From the NCBI GenBank assembly GCA_964448855.1, contig CAYUXI010000003.1, positions 32,976 through 96,975 on the forward strand: 64,000 bases of DNA, read 5' to 3'. The position numbers were made by a program, and so were the translations under genes. Position 1 is the first letter of the stretch, and every line of letters begins with the position of its first letter. The notes beneath the pieces were generated by a model that was not told where the DNA came from, made no database searches, and saw only the letters and a program-made list of their open reading frames with translations. Below are positions 41,450-50,034 of the stretch, piece after piece. Source of the stretch: an uncultured Oscillospiraceae bacterium (GTDB taxonomy: Bacteria > Bacillota > Clostridia > Oscillospirales > QAMX01).

Positions 41450-42931
41450 TTATGAACGGCTTGCATCCGAACGCGACGACTTGTCCTGCGGGGCTTTTTC
41501 CGTGCGATCGGAACGGCGCTGCTTTTCAGAACGATCCGACTTCCCGTGCCGTTCCTCCTTGCTGCGCTCCTCTTTCTCCGGTTTTTCATCGGCGTCCTCA
41601 TCCGGTTCAGCCGGCGGAAGCTTGGATACCAGTGCCCATTCCACGCGGTGGTTCTGGATTTTTTCCACCTGAATGTGAAGCGTATCCGTTGTGATTTCCG
41701 GCGTATTCCCGTCTTCCGGAATCTGCGTCAGACAGCTGAAAATCAGACCGCCCAGCGTCGTATAGCTGGCATCCGGATCCTCATCAAAGGAGACGCCGAG
41801 CACTTCGCCGAGATCCTCCAGATCACAGTTGCCGGACACCCGCCAGAGGTTGGGCTCCAGAGGCGTGATATCCAGAACCTCGACCTCGTCGGTTTCATCG
41901 TAAATGTTGCCGACGATTTCCTCCAGCAAATCCTCCAGCGTGATCAGACCGGCCGTTCCGCCGTATTCATCGACCACAATGGCCAGATGGATTTTCTTCT
42001 GCTGCATATCGCGGAACAACGCGTCTGCATGAACCGTTTCCGGAACGAAATGCACCGGCGTAACCAGCTCACGGATGGTCTTCGGGGAATGGCTGCAAAC
42101 ATTCAGGAGGTATTCACGCGTCAACAGAATGCCCAGCACATCGTCCGTATCCTCGCCGCAGACCGGCAAACGCGAAAAGCCGCTCTCGACAATCGTCTTG
42201 TGGATATCCTCCGGCGGGTCGTTCGCCCAGACAACGGTCATATCCTTTCGGTGAACCATCAAATCCCCGGCGGACGTGTTGTTGAATTCAAAAATGTTGT
42301 CGATCATTTCCCGCTCTTCGGACTCAATGGTGCCGTTTTCTTCGCCGAGATCAATCATCATGCGAATCTCGTCTTCGGAAACGGATTCCTCTTCTTCATG
42401 CGGGTTGATTCCGAACAGACGAAGCATACCGTTGGTGGAAATGGAGAGGAACCAGACAATCGGCTTCAGCAGCTTGGAAATCATGGTGATGACCGGTGCA
42501 ACAGCCGACGCCAGCTTCTCCGGCTGACGCATGGCCAGCCGCTTCGGCACCAGCTCGCCAAAAATCAGGGTGAAATAGGATAGAATCAGCGTGATGGCGA
42601 TGACAGACAGCGTCTGCAACGTCGAATAGCTCAGAGATGTCACATGGCAGGTCTGCACCAGCCAGTCGGCAATTCCGGAAGAGAAGTTGTCGGCCGCAAA
42701 AGCGGACCCGAGAAAACCGGCCAGCGTGATGCCGACCTGAATGGTAGACAGAAAACCGGTCGGCTCGCTGACCATGCGAAGCAGCTTGACGGCTTTCTGA
42801 TCTCCGTTTTCCACCTGACGGCGGATTTTTCCTTCGTTTAATGAGATGACGGCAATTTCAGAGGCGGCAAAGAACGCGTTGATGGCAATCAGAACCACCT
42901 GCAGCAATAAGCTGCCAACAGTAGAGGACAT
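41450..42931 (-). CDS. CNNM/DUF21-CBS-CorC_HlyC family transporter (hemolysin-family protein)
   Basis: DUF21 TM region, a CBS pair and a CorC_HlyC domain, plus a charged low-complexity C-terminal extension (EKPEKEERSKEERHGKSDRSEKQRRSDR). Confidence 0.85.
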   Translation of the reverse strand: MSSTVGSLLLQVVLIAINAFFAASEIAVISLNEGKIRRQVENGDQKAVKLLRMVSEPTGFLSTIQVGITLAGFLGSAFAADNFSSGIADWLVQTCHVTSLSYSTLQTLSVIAITLILSYFTLIFGELVPKRLAMRQPEKLASAVAPVITMISKLLKPIVWFLSISTNGMLRLFGINPHEEEESVSEDEIRMMIDLGEENGTIESEEREMIDNIFEFNNTSAGDLMVHRKDMTVVWANDPPEDIHKTIVESGFSRLPVCGEDTDDVLGILLTREYLLNVCSHSPKTIRELVTPVHFVPETVHADALFRDMQQKKIHLAIVVDEYGGTAGLITLEDLLEEIVGNIYDETDEVEVLDITPLEPNLWRVSGNCDLEDLGEVLGVSFDEDPDASYTTLGGLIFSCLTQIPEDGNTPEITTDTLHIQVEKIQNHRVEWALVSKLPPAEPDEDADEKPEKEERSKEERHGKSDRSEKQRRSDRTEKAPQDKSSRSDASRS

Positions 42932-43181
42932 ACAAAACTCCTAAATCAAAAATAAAATTCGGTCTGAAAACGCAAAAAGACAAGACGTGTCAAAAATTAC
43001 ATGACAAGCCTTGCCTGGACAATATAAAAATGAAGAAACAGCGCAATCACACCACAAGCAAACGAACCTGCGGAAAGTCGAGTCAGCAGGCGTGTTCGTA
43101 TAGGAACGTCCGTATCACGTGACGGTCGCGGCGGTTTGTCCAAAACGATCCCTCTTTCGTTAAGAAAATAACTTGTGGTTC

Positions 43182-43210
43182 ATTATATCATAACTGCTCC
43201 TGTTTTGCAA
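43182..43210 (-). promoter_or_regulatory. sigma-A-like promoter (extended -10) for the CNNM gene, giving a ~230-nt leader
   Basis: Minus strand reads TTGCAA, a 17-nt spacer, then TGaTATAAT. Confidence 0.55.
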
Positions 43211-43233
43211 GTCCCTTTCTGAAAAAACTGTGC

Positions 43234-43262
43234 TTGAAACCGGGGGAGAACTCTGGTATAAT
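43234..43262 (+). promoter_or_regulatory. sigma-A-like promoter for the 43313 gene
   Basis: TTGAAA, a 17-nt spacer, then TATAAT, about 50 nt before the AAGGAGA ribosome-binding site and ATG. Confidence 0.6.
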
Positions 43263-43312
43263 GATAGCAGCATCGGACGGCAGACCGTCTGAATAAAAAA
43301 GGAGACACTGAA

Positions 43313-43813
43313 ATGAAAAAGACGAAATGGTTTCGCTTTTGCTTCGTGATGTTCTGTCTGCTTGCGGCGATCAAGCTGGCCGCGCTCGGTGTGATCATCG
43401 GCCAGGTCATTGTTCACCTGATCGGGGAAGCCGCAATGGATGACGTCTCATCGACAACCATTTGGGCACTGCTGGTCGATTTTGTCGCATTGCTCGGAAT
43501 GTGGGGCGTTCAGAAGGGCCTGCACCTGTATCGCAAACGCACCTCCGTCTGCTCGCTGCTCGCACCCGTTTTGCTGCTCGTTGTGCTGGGTATGAGCATC
43601 ATCATGGTCGGCTTTGATGCTGCTGACCCAACGGCACAGCTGCTGAACGGCATTTGTTGGGGCTTGATGGCGCTTTACCTGCTGATTCCCGATGCATTTG
43701 TCCTCTGTGATGTGCTCACAGTTCGCAAAAGAAAGCAGCTTCAGGAGACAACCGACGATCCGCTGCCGGAAGAACGCTCCCTGCATGACCGCATTCGGAC
43801 GGCAAAAAAATAA
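43313..43813 (+). CDS. hypothetical 4-TM membrane protein
   Basis: Strong ribosome-binding site and four hydrophobic helices. No family recognised. Confidence 0.6.
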   Translation: MKKTKWFRFCFVMFCLLAAIKLAALGVIIGQVIVHLIGEAAMDDVSSTTIWALLVDFVALLGMWGVQKGLHLYRKRTSVCSLLAPVLLLVVLGMSIIMVGFDAADPTAQLLNGICWGLMALYLLIPDAFVLCDVLTVRKRKQLQETTDDPLPEERSLHDRIRTAKK

Positions 43814-43894
43814 TCGCATAGCAGCCATTCCGTCATAACGCAGAACCTCCGGGAATACGATACAGTAAGATTGAAAACTGGAGGGAAGACAGCG

Positions 43895-44530
43895 ATGTTT
43901 ATTTATTCTGCAAAGCTGGACAAAAAGAAGCTGACAGCCATTCTTCTGGCCGTCGCTGCTGTGATTCTGATTTTTGTGCTGATCTTTGCACGTGGCAAGG
44001 AATCGCCATCCAACGATCAACAGGCAGCACAGCTCAAGCTGCTGCGCACAAGCCGACTGGAAACCAATGAGGAACGCCTGGCACTGCTGGCAGCGCTGGG
44101 GTGGGAAGTGGCTGGTCAGCCGGCTGAGGAAACCGAAGTCCGCATTCCTTCGGTCTTCTCGGATGTCTACGAAAAATATAACCAGCTGCAAAAAGAGCAG
44201 GGACTCGATCTCGAAGCCTGCAAGGGCGAAAAAGCCATGCGCTATACCTACCAGATTGTCAATCATCCGAGCGGCGAAACCGCTGTCCGCGCCACGCTCC
44301 TCGTTCGGAATAACCGCCTGATCGGCGGCGATATCTGCTCCTCGCGGCTGGATGGCTTCATGCATACGCTGCTGAAGCCGGACAATGCATCCGCTACGCG
44401 CAACTCGCAGACCGACGCCTCGTCGAGCAGCCAAACCACGGAGCTGCCCAAGCCCGAAGCATCGGCCAATGCTTCCGTTGCGGAACTGCCAACCGTCGGC
44501 GGAGACGAAGCGGCATTTCCGACGGACTGA
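43895..44530 (+). CDS. DUF4830-like membrane-anchored protein
   Basis: GGAGGG ribosome-binding site plus ATG 43895 (MFIYSAKLDKKKL), followed by a TM anchor. The stretch ALLAALGWEV...YNQLQKEQGLDLEACKGE...RLIGGDI is DUF4830-like. Confidence 0.6.
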   Translation: MFIYSAKLDKKKLTAILLAVAAVILIFVLIFARGKESPSNDQQAAQLKLLRTSRLETNEERLALLAALGWEVAGQPAEETEVRIPSVFSDVYEKYNQLQKEQGLDLEACKGEKAMRYTYQIVNHPSGETAVRATLLVRNNRLIGGDICSSRLDGFMHTLLKPDNASATRNSQTDASSSSQTTELPKPEASANASVAELPTVGGDEAAFPTD

Positions 44531-44612
44531 CCGCATGGCTTTTAGCCGCGCATAATTAGCCGCCGGATTGCAGAACCTACCTGTAAATTTAAAAACAGGC
44601 AGGTCGAATGAT

Positions 44613-45284
44613 ATGAAACGAAAAAGCTGGCTGCGAATCGCGGCACTCACGCTGACCATGGTTCTGTGCATGGCCATCGGCACATTGCCGGTATCCGCGG
44701 CGCTCCGGGAAGGGGATCGCGGCAGCGATGTCCGAACGGTGCAGGAAAAACTGAAGCGCTGGGGCTATTACACCGGCGAAGTGGACGGCATCTATGGCGC
44801 TCAGACCGCATCGGCTGTCCGCGCCTTTCAAAAGAAGAACGGGTTGACGGTCGATGGCATCGTCGGCACGGCCACCAGTCAGGCGCTGGGCATGACGCTT
44901 TCGTCCAGCTCCTCCGCAACCACCAACTATTCCAACGAAATCGGTATGCTCGCCCGCATGATTGCGGCAGAGGGGCGCGGCGAACCGTATACCGGACAGG
45001 TGGCCATCGGCGCAGTGATCATGAACCGCGTCAAACACCCGTCCTTCCCCAATACCATTTCCGGCGTCCTGTATCAGTCCGGTGCCTTTTCCGCACTGAG
45101 CGACGGACAATACGCCTCGACGAACGTACCGGACAGCTGCCGACGCGCAGCCGTGGAAGCCTATAACGGCTCCGACCCGACGTATGGCTGCATCTACTAC
45201 TACAACCCCGCAAAAACCAGCAACCGGTTCATGCTTTCCCGGCCAATTGTCCTGACCATCGGAGATCATGTTTTCTGCAAATAA
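44613..45284 (+). CDS. sleB: spore cortex-lytic enzyme SleB-type (PG-binding domain + Hydrolase_2)
   Basis: Signal peptide, PG_binding_1 domain (GDRGSDVRTVQEKLKRWGYYTGEVDGIYGAQTASAVRAFQKKNGLTVDGIVG), and Hydrolase_2 domain (MIAAEGRGEPYTGQVAIGAVIMNRV...YQSGAFSA). Confidence 0.8.
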   Translation: MKRKSWLRIAALTLTMVLCMAIGTLPVSAALREGDRGSDVRTVQEKLKRWGYYTGEVDGIYGAQTASAVRAFQKKNGLTVDGIVGTATSQALGMTLSSSSSATTNYSNEIGMLARMIAAEGRGEPYTGQVAIGAVIMNRVKHPSFPNTISGVLYQSGAFSALSDGQYASTNVPDSCRRAAVEAYNGSDPTYGCIYYYNPAKTSNRFMLSRPIVLTIGDHVFCK

Positions 45285-45477
45285 CGTAGGCCAAAAGCCG
45301 GACGGATGCGCATTCACCGCACCGCTCGGCTTTTCGTGTGTTTCGCCGGAAAACCTGAAATTCGACGATCAAAATTTACAGGAATGCATTGACTTTTTCG
45401 TACATTATGGTATTATATAATAGGATGTTTCCCAGCTCCTCCCTGCGGAGGATGAAATAACAGATGGAGTGAATAAC

Positions 45478-46611
45478 ATGATTTCAGATAAGATCAGGCG
45501 CATTGCCGGGCAATTTTGCATGGAAGGACAGCTTCAGGATGTCATCCCGATCGTACAGGGACATATCAATGATACATACCGCCTCGTCACGCTGACGGAA
45601 ACCGGTGAACAGCAGCAGTATGCACTACAGGCGATTAACCAGTACGTCTTCAAACAGCCGGAGCTTGTGATGGAAAATATCTGTTCCGTCACCCAATTTC
45701 TGCGTCAGAAAATTACCGCCGCCGGCGGAGACCCGCTCCGCGAAACGTTGACCGTGATTTCGACCCGAACCGGCAAGAGCTTCCATGTGGACGAAAACGG
45801 CGACTACTGGCGTGTTTACAACTATATCAGCGGCGCCTCGACGTATGACACGGTGCAAAACGAACAGCATCTGTACCATGCCGGCTATGCGTTCGGCAGA
45901 TTTCAGACCATGCTGGCTGATTTCCCGATTGAAACGCTGCACGATACCATCCCGGATTTCCACAACACGAAAAAGCGCCTGAATGATTTCTTTGAGGCGG
46001 TGGAACGTGACGCGTGCGGCCGCGCCGCCTCCGTTCAGCCGGAAATCGAATTCATTCGCCAACGCGTGAACGACGCATCCTACCTGATCAACCTGCAGGA
46101 GCAGGGGATTCTTCCGACGCGCGTCACGCATAACGATACAAAGTACAATAATATTATGATCGACGATACCACCGGGAAAGCCCTCTGCGTCATTGACCTG
46201 GATACGGTCATGCCCGGCCTCTCGGCCTATGATTATGGCGACGCGATTCGCTTCGCCGCATCGACCGCAGCCGAGGATGAAACCGATCTCTCCAAGGTTC
46301 ATCTGGATATGAAGCTGTTCGAACTGTTTACGGGCGGCTTTGTCAGTGCTGTCGCCGGCTTTTTGTCGGACGATGAGCTGGCGGCGCTGCCGTGGGGTGC
46401 CCGTATCATCACGCTGGAGCTGGCCTCCCGTTTCCTGGCAGACCACCTGAACGGCGACCAGTATTTCAAAATTCACCGTGAAAACCATAATCTGGATCGC
46501 GCCCGTTCTCAGCTGGCTCTGGTCGCTGATATGGAAAAACGGTTCCCGGAAATGCAGGCCATCTGCGAAAAATACAGAACACAGCAGCTTGAAATGAACA
46601 GAAAGGCGTAA
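45478..46611 (+). CDS. N-acetylhexosamine 1-kinase-like phosphotransferase (NahK/LnpB family)
   Basis: GHINDTYRL, PTRVTHNDTKYNNIMID and IDLDTVMPG resemble Bifidobacterium NahK along the whole length, as recalled. The track start at 45469 is a GTG. Confidence 0.7.
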   Translation: MISDKIRRIAGQFCMEGQLQDVIPIVQGHINDTYRLVTLTETGEQQQYALQAINQYVFKQPELVMENICSVTQFLRQKITAAGGDPLRETLTVISTRTGKSFHVDENGDYWRVYNYISGASTYDTVQNEQHLYHAGYAFGRFQTMLADFPIETLHDTIPDFHNTKKRLNDFFEAVERDACGRAASVQPEIEFIRQRVNDASYLINLQEQGILPTRVTHNDTKYNNIMIDDTTGKALCVIDLDTVMPGLSAYDYGDAIRFAASTAAEDETDLSKVHLDMKLFELFTGGFVSAVAGFLSDDELAALPWGARIITLELASRFLADHLNGDQYFKIHRENHNLDRARSQLALVADMEKRFPEMQAICEKYRTQQLEMNRKA

Positions 46612-46615
46612 AATC

Positions 46616-47428
46616 ATGCCACAGACATATCCAAGAAAACACCGGCAACCGGCCGAATACCAGCGGGAAGCTGCCGAAGCGATGCCCGAAAACCTGATTG
46701 AGGGGCGCAATGCTGTGCGGGAAGCGCTGGCAGGCGACCGTGAAATTGAAAAGGTCTATGCATTAAACAACCGGGACGACAGCCGCCTGGCGGCACTGGT
46801 CGGGGAATGCCGCGCACACGGCGCGCAAATCGTGAGCTGCGACCGCCGCAAGCTGGACGCCATGTCATCCACCGGCGCGCATCAGGGCATTCTCGCCGTC
46901 GTATCCGAGATCACCTATGCGTCCGTCGAGGACGTGCTGAACCGTGCGGAAGCGAGCGGCTGCCCGCCTCTGATCGTCATCTGCGACCATTTGAGCGACC
47001 CACAGAATCTCGGAGCCATTGTTCGAAGCGCAGAGGTTTTTGGCGCACACGGTGTCATCATCCCCAAACGCCGCAGCGTATCCGTCACGCCTGCGGCTGT
47101 CAAGGCGTCGGCTGGTGCGTGTCTGCATCTGCCGATCGTTCGCTGTACGAACCTTCACGCCGTCATCGGCGAGCTGAAGGAAAAGGGCCTGTGGATTTGC
47201 GGAGCAGACGGAGCGGGGGATCGATTGATTTCCGACGCCGACCTGGCAGGCCCCACCGCCATTGTGCTCGGCTCGGAAGGGGATGGCCTGTCCCGCCTGA
47301 CGCGGGAGGACTGCGATTTCCTCGTTCGAATCCCCATGGCCGGAAAGGTCAATTCGCTCAATGTATCTGCGGCGGCATCGGTCTTCCTCTATGAAGCCAT
47401 TCGCCAGCGCACAGCGCTCAACTCGTGA
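46616..47428 (+). CDS. rlmB: 23S rRNA (guanosine-2'-O)-methyltransferase RlmB (SpoU/TrmH family)
   Basis: LIEGRNAVREAL, DPQNLGAIVRSAEVFG and SLNVSAAASVFLYE. Confidence 0.85.
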   Translation: MPQTYPRKHRQPAEYQREAAEAMPENLIEGRNAVREALAGDREIEKVYALNNRDDSRLAALVGECRAHGAQIVSCDRRKLDAMSSTGAHQGILAVVSEITYASVEDVLNRAEASGCPPLIVICDHLSDPQNLGAIVRSAEVFGAHGVIIPKRRSVSVTPAAVKASAGACLHLPIVRCTNLHAVIGELKEKGLWICGADGAGDRLISDADLAGPTAIVLGSEGDGLSRLTREDCDFLVRIPMAGKVNSLNVSAAASVFLYEAIRQRTALNS

Positions 47429-47490
47429 CCCATCCCAGAAATTGAAAGGAACAATGCGCCCATTTTTGTGACGCATATCATCATAGATCT

Positions 47491-49902
47491 ATGAAAAAAA
47501 ATCACCCTTTGATCGACCTGCAGCTGGAAGAAGTGGAATCGTCCGCCGATGAATTTTCACTCGAATCGATTCTGGCGGAATTCGGCTCCGCCCGTCAACA
47601 GAAAACACCCAACCCGACTCACTCCGAACAAGCGGAGCCAATGACGGCTGAACCGCAACCACCGGAACCGCAGCCAATCGTTGAGGAAATTGCTCCTCCA
47701 CCGGAACCGCAGCTAACCGTTGAGAAAATCCCTCAGCCACCGGAACCGCAGCCGACCGTTAAGGAAATTACTCAATCGCCGGAACCGCAGCCGACCGCAC
47801 CGGAAATGCCACCCATCACGGAACCGGCTCCTGCTGCTGTGGCTGAGCCGGAGCCTGCAAACGTCGCGCAGCCTGTACAACAGGCAAAATCGGTTCGCGC
47901 AGAGGATCTGGTCGTACCCCGTGCGATTCCCATGGATCATGTCATCGACACGGCGGCGTTTGACTCCGTCTACGAAAAAAAACAGCGCCGGATTCAGAAG
48001 CTGCGCAAACAGCTGCTCGCCGAACAGGCGGCTGCACCGCGAACGGCTGAACGCAGGAACAAAAAGAATTTGCGCCCGGCACATATCAAGACCGGCCCGA
48101 TTCCGGTTCCGCCAGTCGCCAAGGCGGAAATGGCGCGGGAACGCGCCGAAAAACCGGTCGGGCAGCGCTATCCGCGTCCGACGCCGGTGAAGAAAAAAAC
48201 ACCGGAGAAACCGCCGGAAAAACCGAAGCCGTCCCTGAATCCGCTTCAGATGCTGCGCAAATTCGAACGAAATCGCCGCTCTGCCACCACACGCTTCTGG
48301 CTTGTGCTCATTCCGTGCGTGGCGCTCTTCTACATGGCAGCCGCAGCCTATCTGGATCTGCCGCTGCACACCGCTCTCGATTTTGCAAAAAATCCGCGCT
48401 CAGCTGCACTTGCTCATACCGTTCTGCTCGGCTGCGTGATGGCGCTGAACTGGGATACGCTGGCACGCGGCATCGTCGGCCTGTTCCTGCTCCGCGCGGG
48501 CAGCGATACGCTGACCGCGACTTCCCTCTGCGTCTCCGAAGCGTACTGTATTGCCAATATCATCTCGCCCGACATTTGCAGGGACGCCTCCGGTGCCGTG
48601 GCCTATGTTCCGGTCTCGGTGCTCCCGGCATTGGCCGCATTGTTTGCACTGCGCAGCAGCAAAATTCGCTATCAGGCGTACTACCGCTCGGTTCGAAGCT
48701 GCTACCGCCTGCGCAATGCCAAAACGCTGACCACCCTCCCGGAAAAATACGACGGAGACGTCATCTACACGGTAGCCAAGGCCGATAATTATCAGGGCTT
48801 CTACCGCACCTTCGCCGAAAACGATACAGCATCGACGGTGATGCTCTGGTATACGCCGCTCGTCCTGCTCGCTTCGCTCTTTCTGGCCGTCTACTGCGGA
48901 TATTCGACCCAGAACGGCGCACCCTTCCTCTGGTGCTGGTCGATCATTGTCGCCTTCACACCGGCACTTGGCATCCCGCTGGCGGCAGTTCTGCCCCTGG
49001 CCAGAGCTGCCAAGCGCCTCTATAAAAACGGGATTCTTGTCGGCGGCGGGAAATCCATTGAACGCATGGCAAAGCGCTCGTTTGTCCTGATGACGGATGA
49101 AGATGTGTTTCCCGGCGATGCCATCTCCATCAACGGCTATAAGCTCATGAATCCCGATAAAAAAGAGCTGGCGCTGTCTGCCGCAGCCAGCCTGCTGGAA
49201 GCGGCGCAGACCGCACTGGCCGTTCCGTTTGTTCGCCTCGCCGGTGAAAACTATGCACCGGTTCGCCCGGTAAAAAATCTCTCGTTCTCGGATGCCGGCG
49301 GCATTTCCGGCACGATGGATGGACAGCAGGTGCTCATCGGCAACGCATCGTACGTCCAAAGAGCCTGGGTCAAAATTCCACCGGATATCAAGCTGAAAAC
49401 GGCTGTTTTCTGCGTGGTGGACTCGGAGCTGCTCGCGGTCTTTGCCGTGCGGTATCAGGTCACGCCGAAGGCGGACTATGCGCTGAACCTCCTCGAGGAC
49501 CACGGCTATCTGCCGGTCGTCGCCGCCCGCGATTTCAACGTCACGGCATCCTTCCTGCAGAGTCGCTTTGGTGTCGCATCGTCTGACCTTGTGTATCCGC
49601 CAGCAGAGCTGCGTGTCACCATGTCAGATCCAACCCTGAAATTGGATGCCGACGGCCTGATCGTGACGTATGGCGGCGGAGATGCTGTCGCAGAAGCGCT
49701 GGTTACCTGCCGCCGCTGCAGAACCTCGACACGCCTTTCGCTGCTGTTCTCACTGCTCTCCTCCGTGATTGGCCTGTTGCTCGGCGTGTTGATGGCCTAT
49801 TTTGGGTGGTCGGAAGCGGCTACGCCGGTCAATATGCTGACGTATTACCTGCTTTGGATGGTACCCTCCCTTGTTTTCGCTGCCTGGGTGAACCGATTCT
49901 GA
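47491..49902 (+). CDS. degenerate P-type-ATPase-like membrane protein with Pro-rich repeat N-terminus
   Basis: The C-terminal ~330 aa are colinear with the P1B-ATPase P/N domains, but DKTGT is replaced by MTDED, TGDN by ARDF and GDGxNDxP by GGGDAVAE. The N-terminus carries PEPQP repeats. Confidence 0.65.
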   Translation: MKKNHPLIDLQLEEVESSADEFSLESILAEFGSARQQKTPNPTHSEQAEPMTAEPQPPEPQPIVEEIAPPPEPQLTVEKIPQPPEPQPTVKEITQSPEPQPTAPEMPPITEPAPAAVAEPEPANVAQPVQQAKSVRAEDLVVPRAIPMDHVIDTAAFDSVYEKKQRRIQKLRKQLLAEQAAAPRTAERRNKKNLRPAHIKTGPIPVPPVAKAEMARERAEKPVGQRYPRPTPVKKKTPEKPPEKPKPSLNPLQMLRKFERNRRSATTRFWLVLIPCVALFYMAAAAYLDLPLHTALDFAKNPRSAALAHTVLLGCVMALNWDTLARGIVGLFLLRAGSDTLTATSLCVSEAYCIANIISPDICRDASGAVAYVPVSVLPALAALFALRSSKIRYQAYYRSVRSCYRLRNAKTLTTLPEKYDGDVIYTVAKADNYQGFYRTFAENDTASTVMLWYTPLVLLASLFLAVYCGYSTQNGAPFLWCWSIIVAFTPALGIPLAAVLPLARAAKRLYKNGILVGGGKSIERMAKRSFVLMTDEDVFPGDAISINGYKLMNPDKKELALSAAASLLEAAQTALAVPFVRLAGENYAPVRPVKNLSFSDAGGISGTMDGQQVLIGNASYVQRAWVKIPPDIKLKTAVFCVVDSELLAVFAVRYQVTPKADYALNLLEDHGYLPVVAARDFNVTASFLQSRFGVASSDLVYPPAELRVTMSDPTLKLDADGLIVTYGGGDAVAEALVTCRRCRTSTRLSLLFSLLSSVIGLLLGVLMAYFGWSEAATPVNMLTYYLLWMVPSLVFAAWVNRF
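47659..47805 (+). repeat. 39-bp tandem repeat (about 3.7 copies) encoding PPEPQPxVxEIxx units
   Basis: The unit CCACCGGAACCGCAGCC.A.CGTTGAGGAAAT...CTC.. starts at 47659, 47698 and 47737, with a partial copy at 47779. Confidence 0.85.
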
Positions 49903-50034
49903 CGGTCTGCCCAAAAAATACGAAAAAATTCAAAAATAATAGTTGCTTTTTACCGGCTACTGCGTTATAATAGATAGGAAGCGCGATACAGATTGAATCT
50001 GTTGGAATTATCACGACAAAGGAGAGTAAAATTG

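Noticed and set aside
42932-43181. An M-box (Mg2+) riboswitch in the CNNM leader.
   Set aside because: The conserved M-box sequence blocks I remember were not recognisable. It is reported only as an unclassified structured leader.
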